Below are positions 48,301-61,795 of a stretch of DNA of 64,000 nt, piece after piece (position 1 is the stretch's first letter; each line of letters starts with the position of its first letter). Below the pieces are notes generated by a model. The model saw only the letters and a program-made list of their open reading frames with translations, searched no databases and was not told where the DNA came from. This DNA is from Podarcis pityusensis. Its lineage: Eukaryota. Location of the stretch: NCBI GenBank assembly GCA_964106645.2, contig OZ067044.1; one strand, 5' to 3'. Position numbers and translations under genes: made by a program.

Positions 48301-48737
48301 TGGAGGAGCTGTTACGACAGCTTCTGTGTATCATAAATCACACTAGCAGCTGTTAAAACAGACTGGGCTGTGTAGTCTTAAGATCCCACGTATACCTGTG
48401 TTTGCTGGGATTCAGCTACAAGTGTTGATGCTGAAGAGATCAGCACATCATAGCCCAGGTCAGGACAGTGCGCCTGGATCACCAAAACATGACAGCAAGC
48501 AGATACAAGGGAAAGAAACTGGTGGTGATTTACTCTGGCTATTTTTCCAGTTTCTCCAAAAGGGATATCATAAAGATGGGATACCAGCAACTTTTAGTTT
48601 ACTTGACATATGTACTAGAACTGAAGCATACTTATATTATGTCTGCATTTATGGTTTGGAGCTTTCCTGAAGTAAATGTCTCAAAGCAGCCATTGTATGA
48701 AATGGAGCTTGATAAAGAATACCTGTTTTGTTCACAG

Positions 48738-48827
48738 TTATGCCGTATAATAGTGCCCACCATTGTGTTGTGGAAGTAGAAAATTTCTTGTTCGTATTGG
48801 GAGGAGAAGACCAGTGGAATCCTAATG
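48738..48827 (+). CDS. KLHL14: KLHL14 coding exon 3 (90 nt)
   Basis: ttttgttcacag|TT ATG CCG...: (I)MPYNSAHHCVVEVENFLFVLGGEDQWNPN(G); donor G|GTATGT. Confidence 0.97.
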
Positions 48828-49167
48828 GTATGTACATAATAACTAATGGAACTATAAGAATATGTGAATAGTACAGAAGTACAAAATATCCATTTGCAGA
48901 TGTACCTCAAGTTATTTGTCTTCGGTCATATGACTGCAGCCATAGATCTTATATACCCACAGTCAGCTGCCCTTCCGGTGAGATGCTGTTTAAAGGGATT
49001 TGGGAATTGCAGTTTCATATCTCTTTTTATGTATGCAAACACAATAATATTCTGTATCTGCAAAAAATGTAGTATGTGAATCAGCCCATTAGGCTGTGAC
49101 CCTAAATTCACTTGCAGCAATAGAACCTCTGGATGAAGTGGACTGCCAAACAGCTCACAATGGCACA

Positions 49168-49520
49168 TTCGGACATTATGTTAAACCATAGTTGAACATT
49201 ATGAGAGTGAGCCACAAACCTGGACTAACATATTCATACCTCCTCTGGTGGGTCCCCACGGAGTTCAGAAAGTGGTTAATGCTAACAGTGGTTTGTTTTC
49301 AATAAGCCAGCTTCATAATCCATGATTTGAAGTTGGCTTGTTTCAAACAAACAATTGTTAGCATTAACCACAGTTCATTGGGTTCAAACAGTATGATAAG
49401 CTGTGGTTAAGCAAAAACAACTCCTCCTTGTGGTCATGCCAAAGTGTGAGCATGCAAGGTTGAATCTTGCTGCAGCTTGTTCTTGTTATGTTAAACTATG
49501 GTTTTAGTGTGATATCTGAA
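49168..49520. mobile_element. Foldback (palindromic) MITE
   Basis: Inner arms gtggttaatgctaaca...aagccagcttca / tgaagttggctt...tgttagcattaaccac (49272-49371) plus degenerate outer arms. Confidence 0.7.
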
Positions 49521-50139
49521 CAAGATCAATAAAACTGATTAAAGCAGTTTTGTTTTGGCAAAGTTCCATTAAAACTCTAAGGCCACAGTTCTAGAGAGCT
49601 ATGTCATGCAGAAGAAATACACAGCCTCATGTACACAGTCAGGTATTTTTAAGGTCTTGCTGAAGCCATTTGTATACTATACTTAAGGCCAATTTTATGT
49701 TTAGAGGCCACTTCAAGCTGGAAAGTGAAAATTTTGAAACACAGAAATGAAGGCCCTATGCTTCAAAAGCTAACTATGTTCTTTCTCAAGCTAACACGGT
49801 AAATGGGCTTGGGAACTGAGTGTTACCCAAAAACCCAAAAAAGCTTGAGGATGCTGTCAACAGCATTCTGTGACATACCAAGCCCTTCACCTGCAGCAGA
49901 GAAACTCCACATATGGGTGGGAGAATATTCCACAGGAGCAATGAATGCTTTCATGTGAGGAAATAGGAACGCTGGGTACATGTTCTAGTTCCTCTCCATG
50001 GGCAGCCAAAGTGCTGATTTGAGGCTTTGGTACCTTTGTCATTCAAGCTACCACATCTTCTTTATATGTGTAGACAGTGTTTTCCAGACTAAGGCATTTC
50101 ATGGCAGCTGTTAGGAGTTTTAACCAGCATTTCATGCTT

Positions 50140-50300
50140 TTATATTATTTTATTTAGATTTTTTCTACCCTGCTCTTGAGCTGAAAAAAATCCTGGTTTA
50201 CAGATCAATACAAACAAATCAGACCCTGCCCTCAGCCTTGCAGTCTAAAAGGCATGACACAAAAGGAAAATAGATTAGGAGGGAGGAAGAAAAAGTACAC
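50140..50300 (-). mobile_element. Old L2-like 3' fragment
   Basis: ttattttatttagattttttctaccctgc...gaccctgccctcagccttgcagtctaaa resembles the reverse of an L2 3' UTR; heavily diverged. Confidence 0.4.
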
Positions 50301-53300
50301 TGAGGTAGCGGTTCTTAGTTACAAGCTCTTCTGAGGACCAGCTGGTAGGGAGACAGTTCAAAGAGAATAAGAGCCAAATGTGCTGGTCTCAGCTGTGCTG
50401 ATGAAATGGTCCTGCATCCCTTTTCTTCCATCCTGTACCACAGCCTGATGGAAGGAGGACCATGGCTTCTCAACACTCTGTGTATTTCTTACTACAGTAA
50501 AGCAATGTTTTACAGTCAGTGTTTTTCTTCCAGTTCCAAGCCAGTCCCTTCCAGGTAAAATGTTATGTATGCAGTATCAAAAAAACTCCTGATTGTTCCA
50601 CTACACATTTATTTCTAATCTTGTGCAAGGGATTCACATAGAGATTATCTAGTAGTATGTGTTCCTTATTTGATTACTTCATAAATTTTCTGCAGAGAGA
50701 AATTAAACAATTTAACAGACTTCTGAACAAAGCAAAAGAGAACAGTATGCCTTGCAAAATTTAAAATATTGTCAAGACATTGTTGAAGAGCTTGCACATG
50801 AGGACAGAGTTGCAGTTGTAGCAGTCTGTGTAACAGAGATAATTATGACTGGCAAACTATAAAACAGCTTGCAGGTACACATTTTCACTTCAAAATGCCA
50901 GAAGATCCAGCTGAAATTACATATACTGCATATATTTTATTGTGAAAGACCCATTTCAGCATCTGCACTAAACCAAATTATATCGAAGCGTTACATCTGT
51001 TCCTTTCCTTGAAAACTGAGATAAACTAGCCCATTCCATGAGCCTGTATCCAGTAGGTTTTTTACAAAAATTATTTAAATCAATGTTTTGGAAGAATAGC
51101 TTTTCTACTTTATTCCTGAAATGCTACTGCACAAAAGGTTGCAAATAATTACTTCTAGAACTGTAACCTATAGAACTAGTTTGAAGACTTCTGTTGCAAC
51201 TCCCCAAGCCTTCTCCCACATTAAAATACCCTTGACCCCCCCCCCCAAATTAGATGGCACTCTTAGCAGAACCAGTGGCATGGATGGGGTATCTCCCCAG
51301 CCTTAGAATTCACACTTGAGTTCCCTCTGATTTTTCATGATGGCTAGAGTAGAGCTATGTGGAGCACTGACCTGCAAAGGGAAGCATTGTACAGGAACAC
51401 CTAACTGCTGGGCTACTTTGCCCCACTTCTTTTCCTTCTATCTTCTCATTTTAATAGTGGCAAGGTAGTTTAATAGCGGCAAGGTAGTTTACCTAACAGG
51501 GAAGCATATTAGCGGGGTGGGAGTCTGCTTAGCCCTGCCTCCCCAAACAGAGGGCATCACCAGAGTGAGATCACTGGTCCATCTAGCACAGCCAAGCTCC
51601 CTATTATTCAAAGGAGCCCTGCTTGATTTCCCTATTAAATGTGGTGCTGCTTATTTACCATTCATTTCAAAAGCCGATGTAGTTCACCATTCAGTGCTAA
51701 GTTGGAAGGGGAGGAGAAATGTGAGGAACAATTTCCAGCATGGGATTAAGAGGAGGAAGGAAGGTTTAGAGATCAGAGCAGGTGTAACCAAGGAAAGATA
51801 CAAGTAAGTACCAGTAAGTGTTGAAAGAAGGGACTGGGGAAGGCATAGATGGAAGGTGAAGAAGGAAAGAGGGAGAAGTATAATTGTGGGCGGTTGGAAG
51901 GGGGGTTTTGTACATGAAGGGAATTGAGGGGCATTGTTCCAGAAAAACGTTGAATATGATTACTGATGAACAGAATCTCTGGGATAACTTCCACTCCTAG
52001 AATTGTTGTGTAATTAGACGTTCATATATGAGAGCTGCTTAACATTACTAAAATATTATCTTAAGTACTCAAATACGATAACAAGACCAGAATGCATAAT
52101 TTGCTCTCCTTACAGACTTTATGCTTTCCTTAGCATAGAATGATGAGATTTGGGGCACATTATATGTGTAGTCTGAAATTGTCTGGTAACTAAGTTCTCC
52201 ACTTGTTTGGACTCGTCAGCTTTGCATGTTCAGTCCCGTAAATAGCATTTACCTATGCTGGATGGAGAACACACTGTTTTCACCCTCACAGGTGTGGAAT
52301 TTTCATTTCACTATGAACCATTTTCTTAGATCAAACCTTGAAGGCCTGCTGGGTAAGAATGTCTGTTAGAAATTAAAAAAACACAAAAGAGACAAAACTA
52401 TTTTATTGATTAATGCAAATTCAGTGTATAAAGGAAATAGGTTGTAAGCATTTGGGGTTCCTTTACACTAAAATTATTTACCTGGTGCACTACCCACTAC
52501 ACATTTATTTCCTTGTGAGATACATGATTGGGTTGTCATGTAGCTGTGATTCAATTTTTTTAGTCACACATACAAGAAACAAGAGGGCTTTTTGAGATAC
52601 TTGTGTGCTGAAGGCTCAGGTGTTAAACAGAAATTGCCATGCACTCCCTTGCTCCAGTCTTCTTGCTTTGATGTCAATCTGTATGTAAAATATACTTCAA
52701 TCTTAATATCTTGAAGGCATGCAGTGCCAGAGGTTAGTAGTTAGGATAATGTAGACTTCCACAATTAGCCTTTGCTTTGTTTTGCTTTATTTGTGACTTA
52801 GGGACAGTAGAAATACATTATTTTTAGATGGCACATATAAATCCTTCTAAAAGGCAATATTATAAAAGGCAGTATGTATTTTCCTCTTTGACCTATAAGG
52901 GAAAATCTCAAGATTATAACATCAAATCCCTAATGTAAGGATGCCTGAGCACTTAGTAAAGATGTGTTCACCTCCCTATCAGCAATCAACATCACCCTCT
53001 TCCCACTGCAAACTGGGGAGACAAGAAAGAATGTCAGATATACCCATGGTTCTACAGATTGCTACAAAATATTCATGAAATGCCACTAGAAGCCCATCTC
53101 CCTCAGAACAATAATTTCCTATTGTCATAAGATTTATGACACTTAAAAAAAAATGCTAGTGGGTTTCTGTCTTAAAGAGAGACTTGTAGAGAACCTTATG
53201 AGACAGAGCTAAAATACTTTGTTTTTTACTACTTCCATAGATACCTATTAAGAACTGTAGTTAGAGGCTGTTGATTTTGTGTGTTTACGTGCTTTGCTCT

Positions 53301-53406
53301 AGAGAGAAGACCTCCATAAAGATTGACAAGTGCAAGGAATATACTATTGCAGTGATTTGTAATGACAGAAAACAGAGAGTTAAATGTGAAACTAATTTCT
53401 TTACAG

Positions 53407-53485
53407 GAAAGCACAGTACAAACTTTGTTAGCCGGTATGATCCTAGATTTAACAGCTGGATACAACTTCCACCCATGCAAGAGAG
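53407..53485 (+). CDS. KLHL14: KLHL14 coding exon 4 (79 nt)
   Basis: ctaatttctttacag|GA AAG CAC...: (G)KHSTNFVSRYDPRFNSWIQLPPMQE(R); donor AG|GTAAAT. Confidence 0.97.
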
Positions 53486-56400
53486 GTAAATGCTTGCTAT
53501 ATATTTGGGGTTGGGGAAAGGGTGGCTGTTTTACCTAAGAGAGGAAGATGGTTGGGGTTTAACTTAGGGTGAAAAAAGTGAATGGTGAAAGTGTTGAAAT
53601 TGATTTGCACTAGCAAATAAAATATAATAGTGCTAGATTATCTTTCTGCTGACAAGAAGGTACTTTAAAGTAAAAGCTGAACTGCTACATCCTTTTCATA
53701 GAATCGTAGAATTGTAGAAACAGTGTTTCTTTCAAGTCTCCGAAATATTTCACAATTACCTTTTCCTATTATATTTTTGCTTTGCTTTCGTTGAATTTCA
53801 GCGTGCATTGGCAGAGCAACCACTCCTTGCCTTTTTAGTCACTTAGGCTGGTAATGGCAGTACCTGCTGGGTCCCTCTGCCTGCCCACTCCACATAATCA
53901 GGTGGTAGAAGAAGCTGGCAGAAGCACACTGGGGAAGATGAGAGGTACCAAAAGTGGTATCTTTCTCCCTTTGTCCTGAACCTTCTCCACCCACCATAAG
54001 CATTCTTTGCTCCCCAGCCATTTTACTTATTAAAGTAATGTATTAATCTATCGTCTTGTTTAATACAATGTCAAGGTGACTGTGCAAAATTCAGACCTCA
54101 GGTAAGCATGGAGGTGTTCAGTAATGACACTAAAAAGAAGCCAAATATAAAATAAAGAACAGTGAAGGACCAGAAATCAAGCACCTAAATGTATAAAATG
54201 CCTTGCAAAACTGCAAAGGAGAATGAGGAAGAGCACCAGCAGACAGCAATGGAAAGTGCATTCTAAAATTTGGGCCTGGAAGAGTAAAAGTTCCACTTCT
54301 AAACTAGGCCTTAAACCAGATTAAAGTGGGTGTGCATAATCCACTTCTACACCATGTTGTTCAACTTCTTCCATAGAGAGAGACTTGATTAGGGACTCCC
54401 TAGATTTTAGGTTGGGGAATGGTTATAAATATGTACTGTTATTATGCAAGCCATTATCCAACTCCTAATACAACACAGATGCATAGTATATAAAGCTTTT
54501 GGGGATACACTTTAGCTAGGACATCCATAAAAATTGAAGATGTTCAGCTCGTTATCCAGTTGAACAAATCTACTTGTCACAGCCTCACTGCCTCTAACTT
54601 AAGGCAGATTTAGTGTCTGTAGAGCTTGTACCATGAGGGTTTTTAAAAAAAAAATGGACAGCTTTAGATTTTTCTTATAAGCCTGTCTGATATTTAAAAT
54701 ATCATTTGAAGTATTTAGAAGTCCAAATTCTGTTTCAAAATGGTGTTCTAATTATCAAAACCCTTCTTTGCTGGGCTCTTAAAGTGAGATAATTAACCTT
54801 CACCCTCTTAGCTGAGCCTACATAATTCACAGTGATCAATTATTTCAGTGTTGTACGAGCCTCTGAGGATAAGACAGTATTGCTGAAAATGTGATTAGAC
54901 ATTTTAAAATATGTGAATTGTTTACTGACTAGTCCCTTGTGACTTCTTTGGAGACTTCCAATTTATTAAGTCAAGTGCCTTTCAAGACAGTTTTTAGTCA
55001 TTCATATTCTTTAATAAAGAGCTTTTATGCTCTCCTTTTTATGACAAAATGTGTGCAATAAGGATGTTTTTTTTTCTCCTCCTGTGAAGCAATAGTTTGT
55101 TTGTTTAGAGTATTGATAGACTGCTCTGTAACAAAATTCTCAGGATGAGTGACAACAACAAAACTATTAAGAATTTGTTTAACAATATATTTATTATTTT
55201 ATTTAAAATATTTATATGCTGCCTTAAGAAGTCAAAACTCCCTCAAGATTGCTTCTATAAAAACAGTAATTGTAAAGATAATGCAGTATAATCACAAATA
55301 AAAAATGAATAAACCAGTAATAATAAGACAGGCAGACATCAAGTTCGAAACTAAAACAAATATAACCAAGACCCACTGCAGCAGAAAGCACAGCAAATAA
55401 AAACTCCTTCGAGAAAAATTCAGTAACACTAAAACATGATAGGGAATAAAATTCTGTGACCCTGTCTGGAGAGCCCATCCACATGAATCATTCTCTGGAG
55501 GGAGAGAATATGGATTCACTTCTTCCCCAATAAGTATTCAGCCAACCATCTGTTGGGCATTGCAGAGTCTGTACCTCTGCACAGCACTGCACTGGGTGCT
55601 GAATACTAATCAAAAAGGGCCTCTGCAATGAAGATTCAGTATTTGTTAGTTAAGAAAACTGGGACATGCTCCATTTATGTCCTACTGATTTCATCGGAAG
55701 GGTTAAGTATGCATTTAACTTCCTCCAATTGAAATTAATGCAAATTAAATACTTTATTTTTTGCTGGATTGTTTCCATTTTTTTAAAAAAAAATTGTTAT
55801 AGTACTGCACTTCAACTGTAATTGTACCCTCTTTGTTACATAAGTTGGCCTTTGCGTTGAAGTCCTAGCTATTGACATAGTTGGTACAATGCTGATGAGG
55901 CTGAAAATCTGTGACTTAGATGTACCCCACTTTAGCACATGAGCAAGTTTCCATACAAAGCCAGCCCAGCAGTAACAGATGGTCAGCTCTGCTCACCTGG
56001 GGGGCCATTTTGCTGAGACGTTGATGGAGGGCGGCGACCTGCCTCTCCACCGTGGACTTTCAGAAAGTCCAATGGCCACAGCTATACCACCTCCAAAGAA
56101 ATGGTTCCGAAAATGAAAGCAGGAAAAGAAGCATGGCGGAAGCGAAGAAACATCAGAGAAAATGGCTGTCTAAAGCAGCACGGACGGAACAATTTGAAAG
56201 GCTATATTTTCTTTTATGAGTTCTCTGCAGTCCCACACATGGGGATGCGCCTACACAGATAGGATTTTCCATGCCCTGGAAGATTTGTTTCTCTTCTGTA
56301 TTCCAAGAGACCTTCAAGGAAGGTAACAATGTAATAAATTTAGCTTTCAGTTGTTAAAAACAGCACAATATAACATCCAGAATTTCAAAACATCAAGAAA

Positions 56401-56894
56401 CACATAGAAACATAGAGTAGCATAAAAGAGGCACAATATGGCCCTGGCCAAACGGTGGCTTGTAAATCGGAATGAATGGAACAAATTTTCCTGCAAAGTA
56501 TTTGGCAAACTCATCCTGAAAGGCTCCGTTGCAATACCTCTTTGACCACCTAGAAAAGCTATGTTGGGTGATTCTGAGCAGATACAGTGGTGACACAAAA
56601 GCCATCTTCACCATTATCACTGTCTCACAGATTAAGTTATAAAATGGGTCCTGGCCTCTGTTTTATTCAATCCATTGTAAGTCTTCTGCTATAACTCCTA
56701 CTGTTTCATCACCACCAGTTCCATGGACTGCCGTAGAGCAAGCTTACCTCTACATAAGAACAGGCTGCTGGATTGCATGTTAAATGGGGGGGGGGGGGGT
56801 TGTGGGTGGGTGGGTGTAAACAGTGAGGTCAGAAGGAAATGTAATGCAGATAATTACATATTTAACAGTGACCTATCACAAAACTGTTGGTTTG

Positions 56895-57549
56895 ATAAAA
56901 TGGAGTAGACAGAGTCAGCTTCTTGGTCTTTAATAGGGAGCTGGCCCCTGTGTCCATACCTCTTGTATGGCCTACTGTTGCTGCTGAGTAGCTGTCCTAT
57001 TTAGGGGGATGTCTGAGAGCAATTGGAGGTCTGCCACCCAAGGCTTATGTGTAGGACATGTCTGTCCTAGATGAACTGTAGATTATTGATGATAGGCTCA
57101 AGTGGCTTTGGCTTGGCTGCTGTGACATCAAGTGGTAGTTTGTCATTTTCTCTTCTAGATCTGTTGTGTAGAAGATTGGTACCTAAGAACAGTTTGGCTT
57201 CGTTGATCTGATTTTTCACTTTGGGTGTTTGATGTGAATTATTTTAGCTGTGAGGCTCTGTCCAATCCTATAAATCTGAATGGATGTTGTTGTATCATAG
57301 AGCTCAGCTGTAAACAATGAACTCTTTAGTGTGCTCTGGGTGGAAGCTGGAAGCATGTATGTATGAGTAACAGTCAGTAGGAGTAGGTTTCCTATATAAG
57401 GATGTGCTTATATGTCCATTAATAGTTGCACATTCATGTCCAGAAAGTGAACCTCTTGCACAGTGTGTTCAAGACTCAGGTTGATGGTGAGGTGATGTCC
57501 TAGTGGAACTGCACAAGTGATCCCTTACCATAAGTCCAGATAATAAAGC
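56895..57549 (-). mobile_element. Penelope-like element reverse transcriptase relic
   Basis: Minus strand gives, with stops and frameshifts, FIIWTYGK...TINLSLEHTVQEVHFLDMNV...NGHISTSLYRKPT..DCYSYIHASSFHPEHTKEFIVYS*AL*YN; the FLD...LYRKPT..Y.H..S.HP motif series is typical of Penelope RT. Confidence 0.85.
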
Positions 57550-57984
57550 ATGCCGAAATCTCAAATGGACTCTCATATTCCCTGGCTGACTTTGACAGCT
57601 ATACCTGCAAAAATTACTGTGGCAAAGTCCTCCCTAAAGATGATATTTGAGGCAAACGCATCCTCATGGACTCCACCAGCTGTGATTTTCTCCAGGAGCA
57701 GCTTCCTTATCCCCCTATTTAGTCTGATGGAGCAGTATAGTTCCATTAGATTGACTGTGGGGTTTAGGGTTGTTTCCCTGTAACAGGTGTGTGTTCAGCA
57801 ACACATCCTGGCTTCTGTCCCTACAGTAGGAGATTGTCTAGAAGGCCATGATCTAGGTTTTGGTTGTGCTCTCTGCCACGGTCAGAGAAGTGAACTAAGT
57901 GGGAAGGTGCTGTCTTTGCCCTCTCATCATGTAAAACTTGCTACTGCACTTAACTGGCAGAATCCTGTGCTCCTAATCTTCCAG

Positions 57985-58120
57985 AGATAGGGTAGCCAAT
58001 GTGGTGCCCTTCAGATATTGTGGACAACAACTCCTACCACCCCTGTCCATTGGCTATGTTGGCTGGATAGGATGGAAATTGCAGTCCACAACATCTGGAG
58101 GGTAGCTCTCTTTGGCTGTC
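57985..58120. mobile_element. Short palindromic hAT-Charlie-like element
   Basis: cccttcagatattgtggacaacaactcc ... ggaaattgcagtccacaacatctggaggg inverted arms. Confidence 0.6.
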
Positions 58121-60871
58121 TTTTTTCCAGAGCTTTCTAGAAAGTCTCACCAGTAGTCTATGCAGGTGCATTCTCCTATATTCCAGCATACCCACTTTTC
58201 ATTGTTCACACTAAAGCAAAGAAAGACTAATTTGTCAAATTACGTAACATATATTTTTTTATTAAAATCACTTCAGCTGATTTTAGGGTCTCTCTAAAAG
58301 GGTTCTTGGCATTGGTATGATCAGTAATAACTCTGGTAGCTTTTCAATCTAAGACTGATAATCAAACTTCAAGATTCAGGGCATAAATTCATTGCCTTTG
58401 GGGATCAGGAAAGAATTTCTTTTACTTTTCCCATGTAACTGCATTGTAAAATTTAGCTAAGTTCATTGCAGAGACTTTTCACAAGCCACTGCAGGACCTG
58501 TAGCTGGACTAATATCCTGATCCACAAGAGTAATTTGATGTAATTTCTTTTACTAGAGATGGCAATATATTTCTCAGGACTAGATGTATATGAGGGGATG
58601 ATTTCTTTTCTAAACTGAATTTTTAGTGCAATATTTTATCATGGAGGACTTTTTATAGCAATTAAATTTTACATTAATTAACTAGAGCTCTATGGCTCAA
58701 GTGTAATTTATTTAGTGGAAAAGAAGGATAAGGGAAACTTAAAATCTTTACTATTGGGAGTTTGCCCATAAAATACACATTTAATCTGAAGAATGAAGCA
58801 GGCTGACTGTTACATTTCTGCTCCTAACAGTGACACTATGTGGATGAAGTCAAGAATGCACATAGAGGATACATTTATGAGGAAACTTGTTTCTAAAGAT
58901 AGCTGCAATGGAAAACAACCATTTATCGTCTTAGTCAAACAGACATAACCTCCATCAGATGAAGTTTTAAATAATGTGACTCAATCTGGCTAGTTAAAAC
59001 ATATCTTTTTTATATAAAAAAATAAGCATATGTCTCACATACATATTTCTCACAGGATAATAAAGTGTTTTATTCATAACATTTTAAATTCCCTTGGTAT
59101 TAAGTAAAGCTTTCATACTGAAGGAGCAAATAAATGATTGACGCTGATGTGTGCAACATAATGCATACACACATAACATGAAGAGAATGTGTGCATTTCT
59201 GAGAGCCTGAGTCACTGAGAATCCAAGAGCATTTTAACAGTACTCTTTATTTTTCAAGGAAGTGAGTCCTTGCATGTTCACATGCAAATCTTAAAGCTGC
59301 TATGCAGATGTAACCAGTGGAACCTGCAATAAAATGTTGAGATGTATCTTCCTTCCTAACAGGAGTGCTTCTGTTCAGGGTTCTAGCTAACTAGTCTCTT
59401 CAGTTAGGACATTCCACTCCTCCCCTATTCTGATATGCTCAATCCTCATTGAGCTGGAGGGTGCTTTTTTCTGTGAGGATTGCTTGTCTTAAGTTGTCTT
59501 TTTTAAAGACTTCTTGTGCTTCTGCAAACTTTCAGGGCTTTCCCACAACATGCTGAGATTTCTCTTGTGTTTCTCAGTGGCCTCACGTTGGCCGTGATCC
59601 TGATAGCACTCATCGCCTCAACTTCCTGTTAAAAAGGAAAGATATACTACATTTGCTAGAAAACATATTTGGACTAAAAATGGACTTTGTTGCAAGGCTC
59701 AAAGGTGCTTTCATAGTTGTGTGGGAAATGAAGTGTCTCCTATTATGTTTTTAGAAATAGATCGTTCAGGAGTACTGTACTAAAAATGACTTGAAAGCAC
59801 AGCATGGTAAGACAGTCTACATAAATACTGATTCCTTGCCCTGGAACTAAGGAGATGTTCAAAACTTTGTTGAGAGTTAGCCGGATAAACCTTTGCTGGA
59901 TGGCAAGAATGTAATACAAGGAAAGTTGTTCTATTTGCAGTAGTGCAGAAAAAAGAAAAAAAAATGATAATTGAAGAAAAAAATCTGATGATGTGGTTCT
60001 CTTAGTAAATTGGGAACAATGACCCATGAAGGACTATAAAGAAAGTGAATGTCAAGATAATTTATTATTGTTACATTATCTATCCTTCCCCTCCCCCCCC
60101 CTTTTTTTTTTTTACTTTATCTTACTGAGTTGCTGTTATCCTTCCATGGAACCAAATATCCTAAACATTAATGAGTTCTTGCTTAAATCTTCACTGCCAA
60201 TAAAATTGCTTTTAAGTTAAACTTCTGCTTCACCTAGTCATTGTGCGGTAATTGACAATACTACATAAATTGTTCTTCTGAAAGACTACACACAGAATGC
60301 TCAGAGGGAATTGTTTCACAGTCCAGTCACATACCCCAGTTCACCAATAGGCCACTGGACACACTGAGGTCAACATGAGCAGGAGCATGTGTATGGAGCA
60401 TTTGCAGTAAAAAGAGCGAATCAGACATTTCGTGTGAATGTCTTTGTGTGTGCGTGTGCTGGAACCCCCTGTATAGGTGTGACCTGACCTGAACCAATGC
60501 AACAAGTATTCCAAGCAGTTGCTTGAGGCAGAACAATTCTAGAAGAAGTCCTAATCATTTAGTACATCTAGCAAGGGGAGCAATATAGTGGACGAATGTT
60601 GGGATGCACTCCAGAATCCTGCAGAAGGGTGTCTCTAATCAGGCATACTAGGAGAAGTGTGCCTCATGAGCCCTTGTGATATCACAGAGGATGCTGGTTC
60701 ACAATAGCCTTCAATGAAGCACCACCTAGACCTTTTTAAGTGTCCACTTTCCAAAGCTGAACTGCCAGGACTAACAAATGCTGTTGCCCAAGCAACTCAC
60801 ATGTAAGATAAACTCCCAAAATACCCACAGAACACCCTACATCCTCTCTCTGTCTCCTTTCTACACACACC

Positions 60872-61002
60872 ATCCTTGCTTGCATTTTTTTGAAATCAAT
60901 AAGCCCCAATTCTTAAGTTTCCTTTGTAGAAAAGTTGCTCCAGCTCCCTGGTCATTTTGGTTGCCTTTTTGGTACATTTTCCAACTCCACACTATCTTTT
61001 TT
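60872..61002 (-). mobile_element. CR1 LINE ORF2 C-terminal relic
   Basis: Minus strand gives KKDSVELENV..ATKMTRELEQLFYK..LKNWGL, resembling CR1 KKD..ELEKVQ.RATKMI.GLE.L.YEERL..LGLF. Confidence 0.75.
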
Positions 61003-61343
61003 GTATTCCATATGTAGCTGCTCCATAAAGTCATTATGATGTTGGCATTTTGATTTTTCCTAATGATTCCTTTTTTGTAAATAAGAAATTGCAATGGATA
61101 ATCCAGAAATCATTACAAGTGAATAGTTTTGGAAATTTTGGGTGATACTTTGGGGTGGGGAGGTGGGGAGTGGTCTGAGTTGGGAGTGCACTGTACCCTT
61201 TTTTGGAAAAGTCACCCATATTCTCAGGGATAAATGAGTGGGGGGATTCATGTTAGAACAGCAGGTGATAAGTTCTGTAAGACAGAATGATGGAATTAAT
61301 TCTAGTCACTAGAAACTAACTGCTCTATTTGTTTTTTCTCTAG

Positions 61344-61534
61344 GAGAGCCAGTTTTTATGCCTGTCGGCTTGACAAAAACCTGTATGTGATAGGTGGGAG
61401 AAATGAGACTGGCTACTTGTCAAGTGTGGAATGCTATAATTTAGAGACAAATGAATGGCGTTATGTATCTTCCCTACCACAGCCCTTGGCGGCACATGCA
61501 GGAGCTGTACATAATGGCAAAATCTATATTTCTG
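61344..61534 (+). CDS. KLHL14: KLHL14 coding exon 5 (191 nt), followed by a GC donor
   Basis: ttttttctctag|G AGA GCC...: (R)RASFYACRLDKNLYVIGGRNETGYLSSVECYNLETNEWRYVSSLPQPLAAHAGAVHNGKIYIS(G); donor G|GCAAGT. Confidence 0.96.
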
Positions 61535-61636
61535 GCAAGTTGTTTTCTAAACTCCCCTTCATCGCAAAACAAAACCCAGTTATTCTTTTAAGGTGGTGTG
61601 CTTCCTTAAACTAATGAAGGTATATTTGATTTGTAG

Positions 61637-61795
61637 GAGGTGTCCACAATGGTGAATACGTTCCCTGGCTGTACTGCTATGACCCTGTAATGGATGTCTG
61701 GGCTAGAAAACAAGATATGAACACAAAGAGAGCAATCCATGCATTGGCTGTAATGAATGATCGACTGTATGCAATCGGAGGAAATCATTTGAAAG
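61637..61795 (+). CDS. KLHL14: KLHL14 coding exon 6 (159 nt); remaining exons lie beyond the window
   Basis: tttgtag|GA GGT GTC...: (G)GVHNGEYVPWLYCYDPVMDVWARKQDMNTKRAIHALAVMNDRLYAIGGNHLK(G); donor AAG|GTCACA. Confidence 0.95.

Noticed and set aside
51450-51491. 19-nt tandem duplication (ttaatag(t/c)ggcaaggtagt x2)
   Set aside because: Ordinary local slippage duplication
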